A DNA stretch of 64,000 nt, from NCBI GenBank assembly GCA_963669175.1, contig OY769902.1:192001-256000 (forward strand). The letters run 5' to 3'. The first letter of the stretch is position 1; the number at the start of each line of letters is the position of its first letter. Source of the stretch: a bacterium. GTDB taxonomy: Bacteria > Electryoneota > Electryoneia > Electryoneales > Electryoneaceae. Under the pieces are notes generated by a model. The model made no database searches. It had not been told where the DNA came from and worked only from the letters and a program-made list of their open reading frames with translations. A program made the translations under genes and the position numbers. This document shows, in pieces, positions 1 through 10,279 of this stretch.

Positions 1-899
1 CCATCATCCAAAGCACCGAATCGTCTAACCGTATTGAGGGAATTACTGCCCCACCCAGGCGTATTAAAGATATTGTTGCACAGAAGACACAACCGCAAGA
101 CCGAAGCGAACAGGAAATCGCTGGCTATAGAGATGTCCTCTCTACAATTCATACCAACCATGAAAACATCCAGCTTCGCCCCAACATCATCCTGCAGTTC
201 CACCGTGACCTGTACCAGTATGCTGGTGAAACCGGCGGTATGTGGAAATCTGTGGACAATGTCATATCAGAACGCGAACCAGACGGTCGAAAGGTGGTGC
301 GGTTCCAACCTGTTCCGGCCTGGCAGACACCGGACGCGATGGATCAACTCCACCAGGGATTCACGGCGGTGTGGCATTCGGGTAATGTCGACACAATGAT
401 CGTGGTCTCGGCCTTTGTGCTGGACTTTTTATGTATCCATCCGTTTCGCGATGGCAACGGCCGCATGGCTCGTTTGCTGACATTATTGCTGCTCTATCGT
501 GCCGGGTTACACGTTGGCCGGTTTATCAGTCTGGAAAAATTGGTGGAAGACTCGCGGAGAAGCTACTACGATGCCCTCTATAAATCCTCCCAGGGTTGGC
601 ATGAAGGCAAACATGACTTGATCCCCTGGACCGAGTACCTGCTTGGAATTATTCTACGGGCATACCGTGAACTGGAAACGCGCGTAGGGACGCTGACCGG
701 CGGACGTGGTGCGAAGACTGATATGGTGCTGCGGGCCATCCAGGCGGCGCACGGTGAGTTCTCTGTGGCTGAGTTGGCAGAGAAGTGCCCCACAGTCAGT
801 TTGGATATGATTCGACACATCCTTAGGCAGGAACGAGTCAAGGGCCTGGTAGAATGTACGGGCAGGGGGCAAGCTGCTCGCTGGAGGAAGATCATATAG
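1..899 (+). CDS. Fic family protein (class II AMPylase), 5' end outside window
   Basis: Frame is open from position 3 (IIQSTESSNRIEG...). Fic motif HPFRDGNGRMAR, N-terminal inhibitory motif SNRIEG, C-terminal wHTH-like tail. Confidence 0.92.
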   Translation, partial: IIQSTESSNRIEGITAPPRRIKDIVAQKTQPQDRSEQEIAGYRDVLSTIHTNHENIQLRPNIILQFHRDLYQYAGETGGMWKSVDNVISEREPDGRKVVRFQPVPAWQTPDAMDQLHQGFTAVWHSGNVDTMIVVSAFVLDFLCIHPFRDGNGRMARLLTLLLLYRAGLHVGRFISLEKLVEDSRRSYYDALYKSSQGWHEGKHDLIPWTEYLLGIILRAYRELETRVGTLTGGRGAKTDMVLRAIQAAHGEFSVAELAEKCPTVSLDMIRHILRQERVKGLVECTGRGQAARWRKII

Positions 900-1067
900 C
901 TGGGGCAATTATGCCAATCGAAATCGGTCCTCACTACAGGTTTTGCAGGATCAGGAGTGAATTATGTAACAACTCGTCCAATTGTGTAATGGAACGGCCT
1001 TGTTGCATAATTCCTGAGAAGGTACGTAGTAGAAGTGCAAACACCTATAACCAAAGCTCACTACCAC

Positions 1068-1108
1068 GTCATCCCGGAAACGCTGTCGTTTAGCGTTGTC
1101 CGGGATCT
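1068..1108 (+). repeat. GTCATCCCGG-type palindromic element
   Basis: gtcatcccggaaacgctgtcgtttagcgttgtccgggatc; near-identical copy at 38306-38346, related start at 60322. Confidence 0.8.
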
Positions 1109-1237
1109 ACTCCCTGGGACACTCTTTCTAGAACATGATATTGCATACCTATCTGTAGAACGGGTGTCCGATCCGCAAGTGACTATGCTTCCACCTTACC
1201 TGCACCAGAAATACTCTGTGAATACTTGACGAGAGCT

Positions 1238-1351
1238 CGTGTGGCCCGGCGTACTCGCACCCGGGCAGTTGTGCAGTGTCAGGCAGCTTACGGAGCAGAC
1301 CCCCGCGGCTGTGCTTCGCATTGCCCGGGTGCAAGCACGCCGGGCCACACG
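1238..1351. repeat. REP doublet (REPIN-like) between convergent genes
   Basis: 30-bp arms cgtgtggcccggcgtactcgcacccgggca and tgcccgggtgcaagcacgccgggccacacg are inverted repeats; a single copy lies at 23621-23650. Confidence 0.85.
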
Positions 1352-1444
1352 GATTATCTCTATTCTCACTGTTTCCTGTTGATAAAAAAGAGGAACAAAC
1401 CGTATGGGTCCGTCCCTCTTTCAACATACTCTGCAATTCACAAG

Positions 1445-3625
1445 TTAAAACCGAATCTGCGTCTCCACAGTCATGAAGTGATACGGTTCCTTGTTCTGGT
1501 ACACTGTCTTCCGGTCGAACACCAGCAGCACACCCTGCCCCAGCTCCATGCCAAGCCTGTAACCGATAGTAGTCCCGTTGGATTTGGTCTCAAAGGGATT
1601 TTCCGCCTGGGGCACGTAATAGTACGCTTCCGCCAATCCCAGCTTGGGAATGGGGTCCGTATTGATGGCGCCCCGTGCAAAGATCGATTGAATGACCTCG
1701 GAACCGCTGTCGTAGTCGTAGGTCATGTTGGTGTAGGCGCCGTACACATCCACCATGTTCATGATCAGGAATCCCGCATCCGCGTAGAACCCGTTGGCAG
1801 AGGGAATCCCGGCCAGACGTGATTTTTTAGTCAGGTAGATTGGCTGGCCGCTGCTTTCATCCAGAGTCACACGTTCGGTCTCATAACTCATATCGAAAAA
1901 TTCCGGCAGAAACTCTTTTGTGAACATACGGTATTCCGCGCCCGCTCGGAACGGCCCCATGGTAAAAGCCAGACCTGGAACAGTAATACCACTACCATAG
2001 GCGCTGTCTGAATCGAGCAGTTGTGCGAACTGCCCGTATAGCCAGAGTTGCATCGCCTTGTTCCGCATGATCGGGATGCCTGCATCGAAACCTATCGCGG
2101 CAATGTCTCCACCATCCATATCGCCTATACGTGGCGGCAGATTATTGATATCCGGCAAATCGCCCCAGGAAATCAGTTGGTCGATCACCGCGGGATCATT
2201 GATTGCCTGCCTGATCTCCTGCGCATGAGCATGATCATCCTTGTCCGGGAACATGTCCAGACCATCAGCGACTCCATCCTCGTCCGTATCTTCAGCGCCA
2301 AGATATTCGTTCCCGTCAACAACACCCGTAACACCGAAAACAACCGGAATACCGAGGCTCATTTCTACCGTCAACCGATCCCCGACAAGTCCGGGTTCAT
2401 CGATCTCACTGAAGTCGTTCAGGATACCTTCCCAGCCAAACCTGCCTACATTCAGTTGGGAATGCAATCCGATCCGCCGACGTTGTGGCCATTCCAGCGC
2501 ATTGGTGTACCGTTTCATGATAAGCCCGTAGCCGAGGGTCACATTTTCGAGCGCACCCACACGAGCGTAGAAGGTCTCCCCCGGCTGACCATAACGGACA
2601 TAATAAATCTTGTCCAGCACATCGTTTACATCGTTGAAATCCCAGTCCTCATCACGGAAGTTGCCATCGGCGTCAAAATACATGGGCAGGTCGAACCCGA
2701 CCCCGAATTTCCAGAAGCACAATTCCGGACGCATGCTGATATACTGGTACATCTGCCCATTGATCACCGCTGCCCCGGCAGCGCCATTCATGGAGAATCC
2801 GAACCCATCGCAACTGCTGCCGCCGCTACCGAACATGCCTCCGCTGCCCTTTGAACTTGCGGGTTCCGGTTCGGCTGTTTCTTCCACTGGTGACGCTTCC
2901 GATGGCGGAGCGGTTGGTGCAGGTTGATCTATAGCTCCTTCCTCATTTTCCTCTTCCAAAGGTACTTCTTCCGGCTGTTCGCTTCGCCAATCGTATTCCG
3001 GCATATCTTCGGGCCAGGTCGGAAGCTCCATTCCCGGCGGGATGGGTTCAACCGTAAGGTTTCCCTGCGGAGTTGAGGTACCGTACTGACCGGCCGGAAC
3101 ATCCATGCTCATGCTGCTCATGACATTGGACAGTTCGACAGTACCTTCGGTCGTGATCACCATGGTTCCGCCGGCATTGTCAACCAGTGTCCAGAACTGG
3201 GTTCCCTTAATCGCGGCAACTGAGGTCGGTGTTGATATTTCGTATCTGCCCTTGGGTTGCTGGGCATAGGTAAACAGGTTTCCCAGTTCCAGGGTCACTT
3301 TTTTGGAAACGCTGAAGTCTTTTTCTTTCCTGAACTGGAGAACGACCAGCGAATTGGGCCTGATTTTAACCTGGGTGCCGTCATTGACCAGAACCAGTGC
3401 GACAAACCCTTCGGCCCCGGTACGGACCTGGTCGCTGTCACCAAGAATGGCGCCAAACTCGAGGGTTTTCCACTCACCCTGGCCATGACGGGTATGACAA
3501 TCCCCTTGTACGGTTATTGCAACTGCCTGAAGCTCGTTCGGTTCCTGGGCCTTGATCGTGGTTGGAAATAGTGCGAGAAGGAAAATGCCGATCAAAACGC
3601 ATATACACATGTTACGAAACATCAT
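1445..3625 (-). CDS. Secreted FecR-domain protein fused via a Pro/Glu linker to a putative outer-membrane beta-barrel
   Basis: GGAGG RBS before the ATG at 3625; signal peptide; FecR motifs (DQVRTG, TPTSVAAIKGTQF, EGTV); acidic linker; aromatic beta-strand-rich C-half ending VETQIRF. Confidence 0.75.
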   Translation of the reverse strand: MMFRNMCICVLIGIFLLALFPTTIKAQEPNELQAVAITVQGDCHTRHGQGEWKTLEFGAILGDSDQVRTGAEGFVALVLVNDGTQVKIRPNSLVVLQFRKEKDFSVSKKVTLELGNLFTYAQQPKGRYEISTPTSVAAIKGTQFWTLVDNAGGTMVITTEGTVELSNVMSSMSMDVPAGQYGTSTPQGNLTVEPIPPGMELPTWPEDMPEYDWRSEQPEEVPLEEENEEGAIDQPAPTAPPSEASPVEETAEPEPASSKGSGGMFGSGGSSCDGFGFSMNGAAGAAVINGQMYQYISMRPELCFWKFGVGFDLPMYFDADGNFRDEDWDFNDVNDVLDKIYYVRYGQPGETFYARVGALENVTLGYGLIMKRYTNALEWPQRRRIGLHSQLNVGRFGWEGILNDFSEIDEPGLVGDRLTVEMSLGIPVVFGVTGVVDGNEYLGAEDTDEDGVADGLDMFPDKDDHAHAQEIRQAINDPAVIDQLISWGDLPDINNLPPRIGDMDGGDIAAIGFDAGIPIMRNKAMQLWLYGQFAQLLDSDSAYGSGITVPGLAFTMGPFRAGAEYRMFTKEFLPEFFDMSYETERVTLDESSGQPIYLTKKSRLAGIPSANGFYADAGFLIMNMVDVYGAYTNMTYDYDSGSEVIQSIFARGAINTDPIPKLGLAEAYYYVPQAENPFETKSNGTTIGYRLGMELGQGVLLVFDRKTVYQNKEPYHFMTVETQIRF

Positions 3626-3783
3626 CACGGCCTCCGTGATGTTAGCACCCCTGGATAGCCCCCCAGCGGGGTGGAGTCGAAACTGTTGCATTCTATCCAT
3701 TCAAGAATAGAAATTTGTTCATATATAATTGTTGCCACAAGTCACAGCATGATCACGAATTGCTTTTACGAGGAGGTTTGGTT

Positions 3784-4197
3784 TTGGAAGATTCGCAGAG
3801 AAAACTATCGGTTGAAATCGCGATTCAACCGAAAACGTACGATATTGACATTGCAGATCATGTCAACAATATCGTTTACGTGCAATGGATGGAAGACCTG
3901 CGCTTTGCCTGGCTGGAAGCCTATTACCCCCTGAAACCCCTCATGGAAAAGGATATTGCCCCGGTTATCCTTGAAACGAAGATCCGTTATCATCGAGCCA
4001 TTGAGCTTTTCGATGAAGTCAAGGGAATGATTTGGGTCTCGGGAATGAAAGGCGTTCGCTCCACGCTGGAATTTGAATTCACCGCCAACGGCCAGGTCGC
4101 TGCAACCGGAACTCAATTGGCTGCTTGGATAGATATCCCCAGCGGCAAACCGGTACGCCTCCCGGAAGGGCTCAAAGCGCTCTGGGGCAGGGAATAG
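3784..4197 (+). CDS. Acyl-CoA thioesterase (4HBT/YbgC hotdog fold)
   Basis: DIDIADHVNNIVYVQWMEDLR motif; AGGAGG at 3771-3776 supports a TTG start at 3784. Confidence 0.88.
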   Translation: MEDSQRKLSVEIAIQPKTYDIDIADHVNNIVYVQWMEDLRFAWLEAYYPLKPLMEKDIAPVILETKIRYHRAIELFDEVKGMIWVSGMKGVRSTLEFEFTANGQVAATGTQLAAWIDIPSGKPVRLPEGLKALWGRE

Positions 4198-4297
4198 TCA
4201 TATATTGAGTTGCGATTTTCTCGTGAAATGATTGTGTTGCGCGAAATGTTGCTCCTATTTTAGTGAAAATGATGCATACGAACGAGGGGATAGAATC

Positions 4298-6958
4298 ATG
4301 AGTACCTGGTTTGTCCGGAGTATCGGAATTCTGGCCGTTCTGCTTACCTGCACTGCCCTCTTTGCCACGCCCTATATTCCGGAAGAAATCCTTGATCAGC
4401 AGTACGAAGAACGGTTGCAGACTCAGCCTGACGGTCCGCAGGTACCACCGACACCTTTCCCGGAACGATCGCTTTTCGATGAACTGGACGAGTATGAAAA
4501 CGACTGGCTGCAATTGCTTGACTGGCAGATGGGAATGCAAGTATCTGATATCGGAGCCAACTTCGGCGGCCAGCGTGAAGGTGAGCAGGACTGGAACATC
4601 ATCCAGACCGACAACACCCAGGAAGTACTTCGCGATTGGGCACGTTATGGCTTCCTGACCGGAGATACAGCCACGTATTCCGAGTATATCCGGAACGCAT
4701 GGCAGTACTGCGAAGAATGGCCCGCCTGGGAAGAGGAAGGTGGTGGCAATCCAAACTATTACCGTGTGCATAATTCAGGATGGGGCTGTGTCGCGGCGAT
4801 GGAGTATTATCGCGCTTATGGTGACACAACCTGGCTCTGGTATGGCGATGCCTGCGCAGAATACCTGGACACCTACCGACTGACAGTAAATGTTACTACA
4901 ACAGGCACCAACCCTCTTTCAGCCGGTTTTGGCGCTGGCGCATTGTACCTGTACGGCTCATGGCGGGAAAACCAGGACTGGATGGATGCTGCACAGGAAA
5001 TCGCAGAAGATGTGCAGGCCTGGATCGAGTACAATCCTGACCGCTTAAACAATGCGGAATCATGGGCCATGTCCGGCGGAACCGCCATGTGGGGCGTGGT
5101 GACAGCGCTTTATACTGATGACCATGAAGCTGGCGCAGAGTGGATTCCCCAGTACACCGAATACATGGATCTCTATTCCGGGCCGGGAACCTGGAATAAT
5201 AGCTGGACTGTCTGGTATGCCCATGCCTGGAATGCAATTCATCGTGTGCTGGACGATGCGGAAAGCCTGGAGAACGTCATCTGGATAACCGACTGGCTGT
5301 TGTTGCAGGACGAACCGGACGATGATGGCGGCATCCCCGGGACGGAAGATCAATACAACAATGACCAGTCCTGGACCAGCGCCTATCTTGCCTGGTATAC
5401 CCTCGAATTACTGCTGGATGTCAGGCCGGATGCACAGGCATTGAATGTGACACATCCCGGCGTCGACTCGCTGTTAACCGGACAGCCGACCACACTCTAT
5501 GCTACCATCCGTAACGGCGGCATGGAGCCTCTGGATGGTGCACTGGTTTCTGTACAGATCGGTAATTATGCCGGCTTTGCCCTGATGGACCTTCCTCCTC
5601 TCACACATACAACCGCATCACTGACGCCAATGTGGATTCCGGATGAAATCGGTGAAACGGATATCCTGCTGACTGTCACTCATGCCAGCGATACAGTTTC
5701 CTTCAACGACTCGCTGGCGATCACCCAGGATGTCTATCCGGCCGCTTTTGTAAATGGGTATATCACATCCGGGGAGGATGAATCCCCCGTACAGGCCACT
5801 GTGCTCCTGTACAACGACCCGGAGATGGGCGGCCTTCACCAGGCAGCCAGAACAGATTCAACAGGTTTGTACAGCATTCGCCTTGCCAACTGCGAAGAAC
5901 ATATTCCCTTTGATCTTGAGGTATATCCGGAGGAAAGCCGGTTCGCAGCACAACAGTCCCTGAATCATACCTCAATGCCTTTAGGGCAGGAACGGGTTGA
6001 TATTGCCCTGGATACAGCGTCTGTGCTGCTGGTTCAGGAGGGTGACGGCAACATTTATGACAGCCCCATGTGTGAAACCCTGTTCTACCTGGGAGAAGCG
6101 TTTCATCCATGGGCGCCCTGGAGCGAACGTGGCTACCCGGATGAAGAAATGCTTTCCTTCCCGGTAACCATCTGGTCATGCGGGACCTATGAAACAGATA
6201 TTCTACCCGGTGAAGCACGTGTCGCTGTAGGGGATTATTTCGATGCCGGTGGAAGTCTACTGCTTCACGGAAGCGGGATACAAAACCTGTGGGGAGGTTT
6301 CTATTTCCTGCGAAACAGCTTCGGGGTTGATGCGGATTCAATGGATATTGGACGAGACGGTCTGAATTACAGGATGACAACAAGTGGTAGCTACGGAATT
6401 CTTGATGCCGGGTTTGCTTCGGTAGAAGGTGAAAGTATCGACGAAACTGTCCCGGTGAACGGTGGCATGGGCGTCATGGAACTGGATTCCTCCGGGATGT
6501 ATACGGCCGTGGCATTTGAATCCGCGGACCACCTGTACCGTACTATCCTCGCCGGTTTCGATGTTGACCGGATGTTTGATTATCATGGGACCGAGCTACC
6601 GGTTGAGCGTTCCACGTTTATAGAAGACGTCCTGACCTGGTTGCGTTGGGAAGTGGGCGTGTTTGATGATGATCCTGATGGGACAACGTCACTGCCTTCA
6701 GCATTTTCACTCAACGCCTATCCGAACCCGTTCAATCCTTCTCTCCAGGTGGAAATCGCATTACCGGAACAGGGTGTCTTGAAGGTTGACGTGTTTGATG
6801 TGCTTGGACGGCTGGTCTGCTCCTGGCATCCGGGGCAACTGCAAGCCGGTAATTATAGTTGGAGTTGGGATGCATCTGCATCGTCCAGTGGTGTATATTT
6901 CATCCGTGCTGCAGCCGGAAGACAGACAGCAACCCAGCGAGTGTTGCTGTTGAGATAA
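4298..6958 (+). CDS. Secreted T9SS-CTD protein with (alpha/alpha)6-barrel-like (GH76-like) domain, CARDB-like and carboxypeptidase-regulatory-like domains
   Basis: Signal peptide after RBS; Trp-rich helical repeats; C-terminal AYPNPFNP...DVLGR...SGVYF...LLLR. The hydrolase family is tentative. Confidence 0.75.
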   Translation: MSTWFVRSIGILAVLLTCTALFATPYIPEEILDQQYEERLQTQPDGPQVPPTPFPERSLFDELDEYENDWLQLLDWQMGMQVSDIGANFGGQREGEQDWNIIQTDNTQEVLRDWARYGFLTGDTATYSEYIRNAWQYCEEWPAWEEEGGGNPNYYRVHNSGWGCVAAMEYYRAYGDTTWLWYGDACAEYLDTYRLTVNVTTTGTNPLSAGFGAGALYLYGSWRENQDWMDAAQEIAEDVQAWIEYNPDRLNNAESWAMSGGTAMWGVVTALYTDDHEAGAEWIPQYTEYMDLYSGPGTWNNSWTVWYAHAWNAIHRVLDDAESLENVIWITDWLLLQDEPDDDGGIPGTEDQYNNDQSWTSAYLAWYTLELLLDVRPDAQALNVTHPGVDSLLTGQPTTLYATIRNGGMEPLDGALVSVQIGNYAGFALMDLPPLTHTTASLTPMWIPDEIGETDILLTVTHASDTVSFNDSLAITQDVYPAAFVNGYITSGEDESPVQATVLLYNDPEMGGLHQAARTDSTGLYSIRLANCEEHIPFDLEVYPEESRFAAQQSLNHTSMPLGQERVDIALDTASVLLVQEGDGNIYDSPMCETLFYLGEAFHPWAPWSERGYPDEEMLSFPVTIWSCGTYETDILPGEARVAVGDYFDAGGSLLLHGSGIQNLWGGFYFLRNSFGVDADSMDIGRDGLNYRMTTSGSYGILDAGFASVEGESIDETVPVNGGMGVMELDSSGMYTAVAFESADHLYRTILAGFDVDRMFDYHGTELPVERSTFIEDVLTWLRWEVGVFDDDPDGTTSLPSAFSLNAYPNPFNPSLQVEIALPEQGVLKVDVFDVLGRLVCSWHPGQLQAGNYSWSWDASASSSGVYFIRAAAGRQTATQRVLLLR

Positions 6959-6973
6959 ACGGGTGGAGGTCGG

Positions 6974-8626
6974 ATGACCTGGTTACCCTGGACGATATGT
7001 GTACTGTTAGCCATTGGTGTCGCTGTTGTATGGTTTATACAGCAACGGAAAATAAAGGCTCTTGAAGCGACCAGGGCGGAACTGGACCATGAGCTCCGTA
7101 TCCAGTCTGCCCACACGGAACAGATGGCCTGGCTCCGCGCGGTTGTCGAACAGATGGCCGAAGGGGTCATCGTTACCGATGGCGAGGGCTGCGTCGAATA
7201 CAGCAATGTCGGACTTGAACGGCTTGTCACTCCTTCACGTGAAGAGATCTGGGGCAAGTTCTTCCTCGAGGTATTCTCACCACGGCGACGTCGCGCGCTG
7301 GTTGAAGAGATGATGGGGACAGTGCGTGACGGCCAACCCTGGCGTGGACGTTTCCCGCATACCCGCCCTGATGGTGAAGCGATTGAGCTGGAAGCTTCCG
7401 TTATCCCGATTAAAAACGACTCCGGCAAAATCCTGCATTACCTGACTATCCTGTTTGACCTGACACATGAATCTCCGATGGGCGAACAGATGCGTCGCAG
7501 TCGAAGCCTTGAAGCGGCTGGTGTGGTAGCGACCGAGCTTGTACCATCGCTCAACAACGAGCTTTTCACCATGCTGGGACAGGCAGATGTGGCGCTGGCA
7601 CGTCTGGACGAGGAACACCCGGCGCGCAAACCGCAGGAATTGATCCTCGAGGCAGGACAACGTGCGCGTGACCTGGTGCGCCAGGTTGTCGCCTTCAGCC
7701 GTGAAGCGGAAGCGGAACGTGCTCCGATGGTTTTCCAGGATGTGGTGGAACAGACTCTGCGTATCCTGCTGAATGGTCTTCCGGACGCCATCGACTTGCA
7801 GAGTGACCTTGCAGCAACAAACCTGCAGGTAAAAACCTATCCAGCCCAGATCCACCAGTTGTTGTCCAACCTGTTTGCCAATTCCCAGGCTGCGTTGAAG
7901 AAAACCGGCGGCACTATCACGGTGCGGCTGAGACGTGTGCTATTGGAACAGCGAAGGTGCGAACTGGGATTGCGACCGGGTGACTATCTCTGTCTTACAG
8001 TTGAGGATAATGGTCCGGGCATCAGCGAAAAAGAACTGCTGAATGCGTTCGATCCCCTTTATGGCAGTGGGAATAAACGCAACAATCATGGCGGCATGGG
8101 TTTGACTGTCGTGAAGGGAATTGTCGAAAGCCACCGCGGGGGCATGGAGATTCAACCGCTTCCGGACAAAGGCACGGCGGTCCACCTGTATTTCCCGATC
8201 CTCCCCACAGGCGCTGTCAGCCAGGAAACAGAGGAGCCGCCGGAAGAAAGGCGCGGCCACGAACGTATCCTGGTGGTCGATGATGAGACCGCCGTGATGC
8301 AGGTGATCTGCGAAATGCTGCATAAGGGCGGTTACCAGACGGACGGTTTCATGGACAGCCAGCAGGCGCTCGCCAGCTTCCGTGAACGCCCGCGACATTA
8401 TGACATGATCATCACTGACTATATGATGCGACCACTTGATGGCGCTGCGTTCAGCCGTGAAGCGCTGGCTATTCGTTCCACTGTGCCTATCCTGATGATC
8501 ACAGCGTTCGGCCAGAACATCCGTAAGGATGAAATGACGACTATGGGGGTCAAGAAGGTACTGATGAAACCAGTTTTAACAGAGGATTTACTTGACGCGG
8601 TCGGCGGAATTTTGTCTGGGAATTGA
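6974..8626 (+). CDS. Membrane-anchored PAS hybrid sensor kinase (PAS-HisKA-HATPase-REC) lacking the phospho-His
   Basis: N-terminal TM, PAS, N/G1/G2 boxes (NLFANS, EDNGPG, GMGL), receiver VDDE...TD...KP; the H-box reads ELVPSLNN instead of GIAHDFNN. Confidence 0.88.
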   Translation: MTWLPWTICVLLAIGVAVVWFIQQRKIKALEATRAELDHELRIQSAHTEQMAWLRAVVEQMAEGVIVTDGEGCVEYSNVGLERLVTPSREEIWGKFFLEVFSPRRRRALVEEMMGTVRDGQPWRGRFPHTRPDGEAIELEASVIPIKNDSGKILHYLTILFDLTHESPMGEQMRRSRSLEAAGVVATELVPSLNNELFTMLGQADVALARLDEEHPARKPQELILEAGQRARDLVRQVVAFSREAEAERAPMVFQDVVEQTLRILLNGLPDAIDLQSDLAATNLQVKTYPAQIHQLLSNLFANSQAALKKTGGTITVRLRRVLLEQRRCELGLRPGDYLCLTVEDNGPGISEKELLNAFDPLYGSGNKRNNHGGMGLTVVKGIVESHRGGMEIQPLPDKGTAVHLYFPILPTGAVSQETEEPPEERRGHERILVVDDETAVMQVICEMLHKGGYQTDGFMDSQQALASFRERPRHYDMIITDYMMRPLDGAAFSREALAIRSTVPILMITAFGQNIRKDEMTTMGVKKVLMKPVLTEDLLDAVGGILSGN

Positions 8627-8643
8627 TACCCGGCAATTTACTA

Positions 8644-8706
8644 TTGGCCCCGCCGGCTTGAAACAAGCTGAAGCGAAGCGGAAGCGGTTGCCCTGCGGGG
8701 TTTATT
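8644..8706 (+). repeat. GCGAAGC-loop palindromic element
   Basis: ttggccccgccggcttgaaacaagctgaagcgaagcggaagcggttgccctgcggggtttatt; homologous copy at 54569-54632. Confidence 0.75.
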
Positions 8707-8928
8707 ATAAATGAGATTAAGAAGTTAATCCTCATTATCTGTACATCGTTTCCAGCCATCCCGACTTGCAAATACCGGCAACAAACATGCATCACTCTCG
8801 TTTATAGCCATTCCAGTTAGTAATCCACATTCATCACCAGCAAGTCGGCCATGTATTCAATCACATGTTTCAGCTTATATTACAATAAAAAGCGACCCAT
8901 GACTATGTATCATGAGCCGCTATTTTTG

Positions 8929-9005
8929 TGGTACCCGCGTCGGGATTCGAACCCAAGGCCTTCTGCTCCGGAGGCAGACGCTCTATCCAACTGAGCTACG
9001 CGGGC
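8929..9005 (-). tRNA. tRNA-Arg (CCG)
   Basis: Reverse complement GCCCGCGTAGCTCAGTTGGATAGAGCGTCTGCCTCCGGAGCAGAAGGCCTTGGGTTCGAATCCCGACGCGGGTACCA folds as a cloverleaf; anticodon CCG; encoded CCA. Confidence 0.97.
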
Positions 9006-9248
9006 ATATGTAAAAAATAAAGATAACCTGTTCTTTTCAGCTTTGCAAAAACCGTTTCTTCAGGCGGAGCCAAACCTAACCCTTTCCCATCACAAATGCA
9101 AGTGAATGCGTGTGCGAAAGAGGCAACGGATCAATTCCAAACGGATTACTACGAGGGCGACGTATCTGTTTCCTTTTGGGAATACACGTTTCACGTTGTA
9201 CTATTGAATACTATATTGATTCTGTTCGTAAAGAAATGAGGGGCGCTC

Positions 9249-10250
9249 ATGTTTGGATTGCGAAAGATGTTGGCTGCTGGACTGATTTTGCTTGTTCTGT
9301 CCGGTTCAACCTTTGCCTTCGAAAAGACCGGCACCACGGCAGCAGCGTTCCTTCAAATCCCGGTCGGCGCACGACTTTCCTCCATGAGCAAGGCAGGTGT
9401 AGCGCTACAGGGCGGGCCGGAAATGCTGGCGACCAACCCGGCCGCAGCCTGGTCCGAGAACATCAATTTGAATGTTACTTACCTGGACTGGTTCGCTGGT
9501 CTGCAACATCAGTCCGCCGCCATTACCATCCCCCATTTCAAGGATCTTGTCCTGGGGCTGCATGTGGTCTCGTTTGGTGGAGATGATTTCGAGCAGACTA
9601 CCTTGCAGGAGCAGGAAGGCGCCGGCGTGATGGTCAACTACAGCGATCTCGCAGTTGGTGGGTCTGTCATTGGCCGCCTGACAGACCGTTTCACCGTTGG
9701 CTTGACCGCGAAATACATCCGTCAGCAATTGTTCAACGAGACCGCTTCCACCTTCGCCTTTGATGTCGGCACCCATTTAACAACCGACCTGCGTGGCTTC
9801 TCCATCGGTATGGCTATGACCAATCTCGGTGGAGAAATGCAGTTATCCGGACGCGACCTGTATCTTGAAGACCCCGCAGGTTCACAATACGAGACCAGCA
9901 AATGGCCGCTACCTCTGAGCTTTCAGACCGGCATAGGTTGGAGGTTGCTGGGGCAGGACTGGGCATTTAAGCAGAACAATACGTATGGGCTTTCTGTTGC
10001 CGCAGACGCCCGTCACCTGAATGAAGGCACCACGACAGTCTGCTTCGGACTGGAAGGCGACTATCAGCGTTTCCTGTTCCTCCGCTCCGGGTATGAAATC
10101 GGCCATGACACCAATGATTTTACTTTTGGCGCCGGTGTTCGAGTGGTGCTATACAATGTGGAAGTGCTGGCGGACCTGGCCCTGGCCGAAATGGGCGATT
10201 TGGGGCAGGTGCAGTGGGTGGGCCTGACGATTGGTCAACGTGCACGATAA
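9249..10250 (+). CDS. PorV/PorQ family outer-membrane protein (T9SS shuttle-like)
   Basis: Signal peptide then GTTAAAFLQIPVGARLSSM...NPA, typical of PorV/FadL-like barrels; GLTAKYI, AFDVG, LRSGY. Confidence 0.85.
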   Translation: MFGLRKMLAAGLILLVLSGSTFAFEKTGTTAAAFLQIPVGARLSSMSKAGVALQGGPEMLATNPAAAWSENINLNVTYLDWFAGLQHQSAAITIPHFKDLVLGLHVVSFGGDDFEQTTLQEQEGAGVMVNYSDLAVGGSVIGRLTDRFTVGLTAKYIRQQLFNETASTFAFDVGTHLTTDLRGFSIGMAMTNLGGEMQLSGRDLYLEDPAGSQYETSKWPLPLSFQTGIGWRLLGQDWAFKQNNTYGLSVAADARHLNEGTTTVCFGLEGDYQRFLFLRSGYEIGHDTNDFTFGAGVRVVLYNVEVLADLALAEMGDLGQVQWVGLTIGQRAR

Positions 10251-10279
10251 CGGGACTTTTTCCAGGACAGGAGGCGCAG

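Noticed and set aside
8880-9005. tRNA-Arg as an island attachment site
   Set aside because: No duplicated tRNA 3' end or integrase was seen in the window; the adjacent hairpin fits a terminator.
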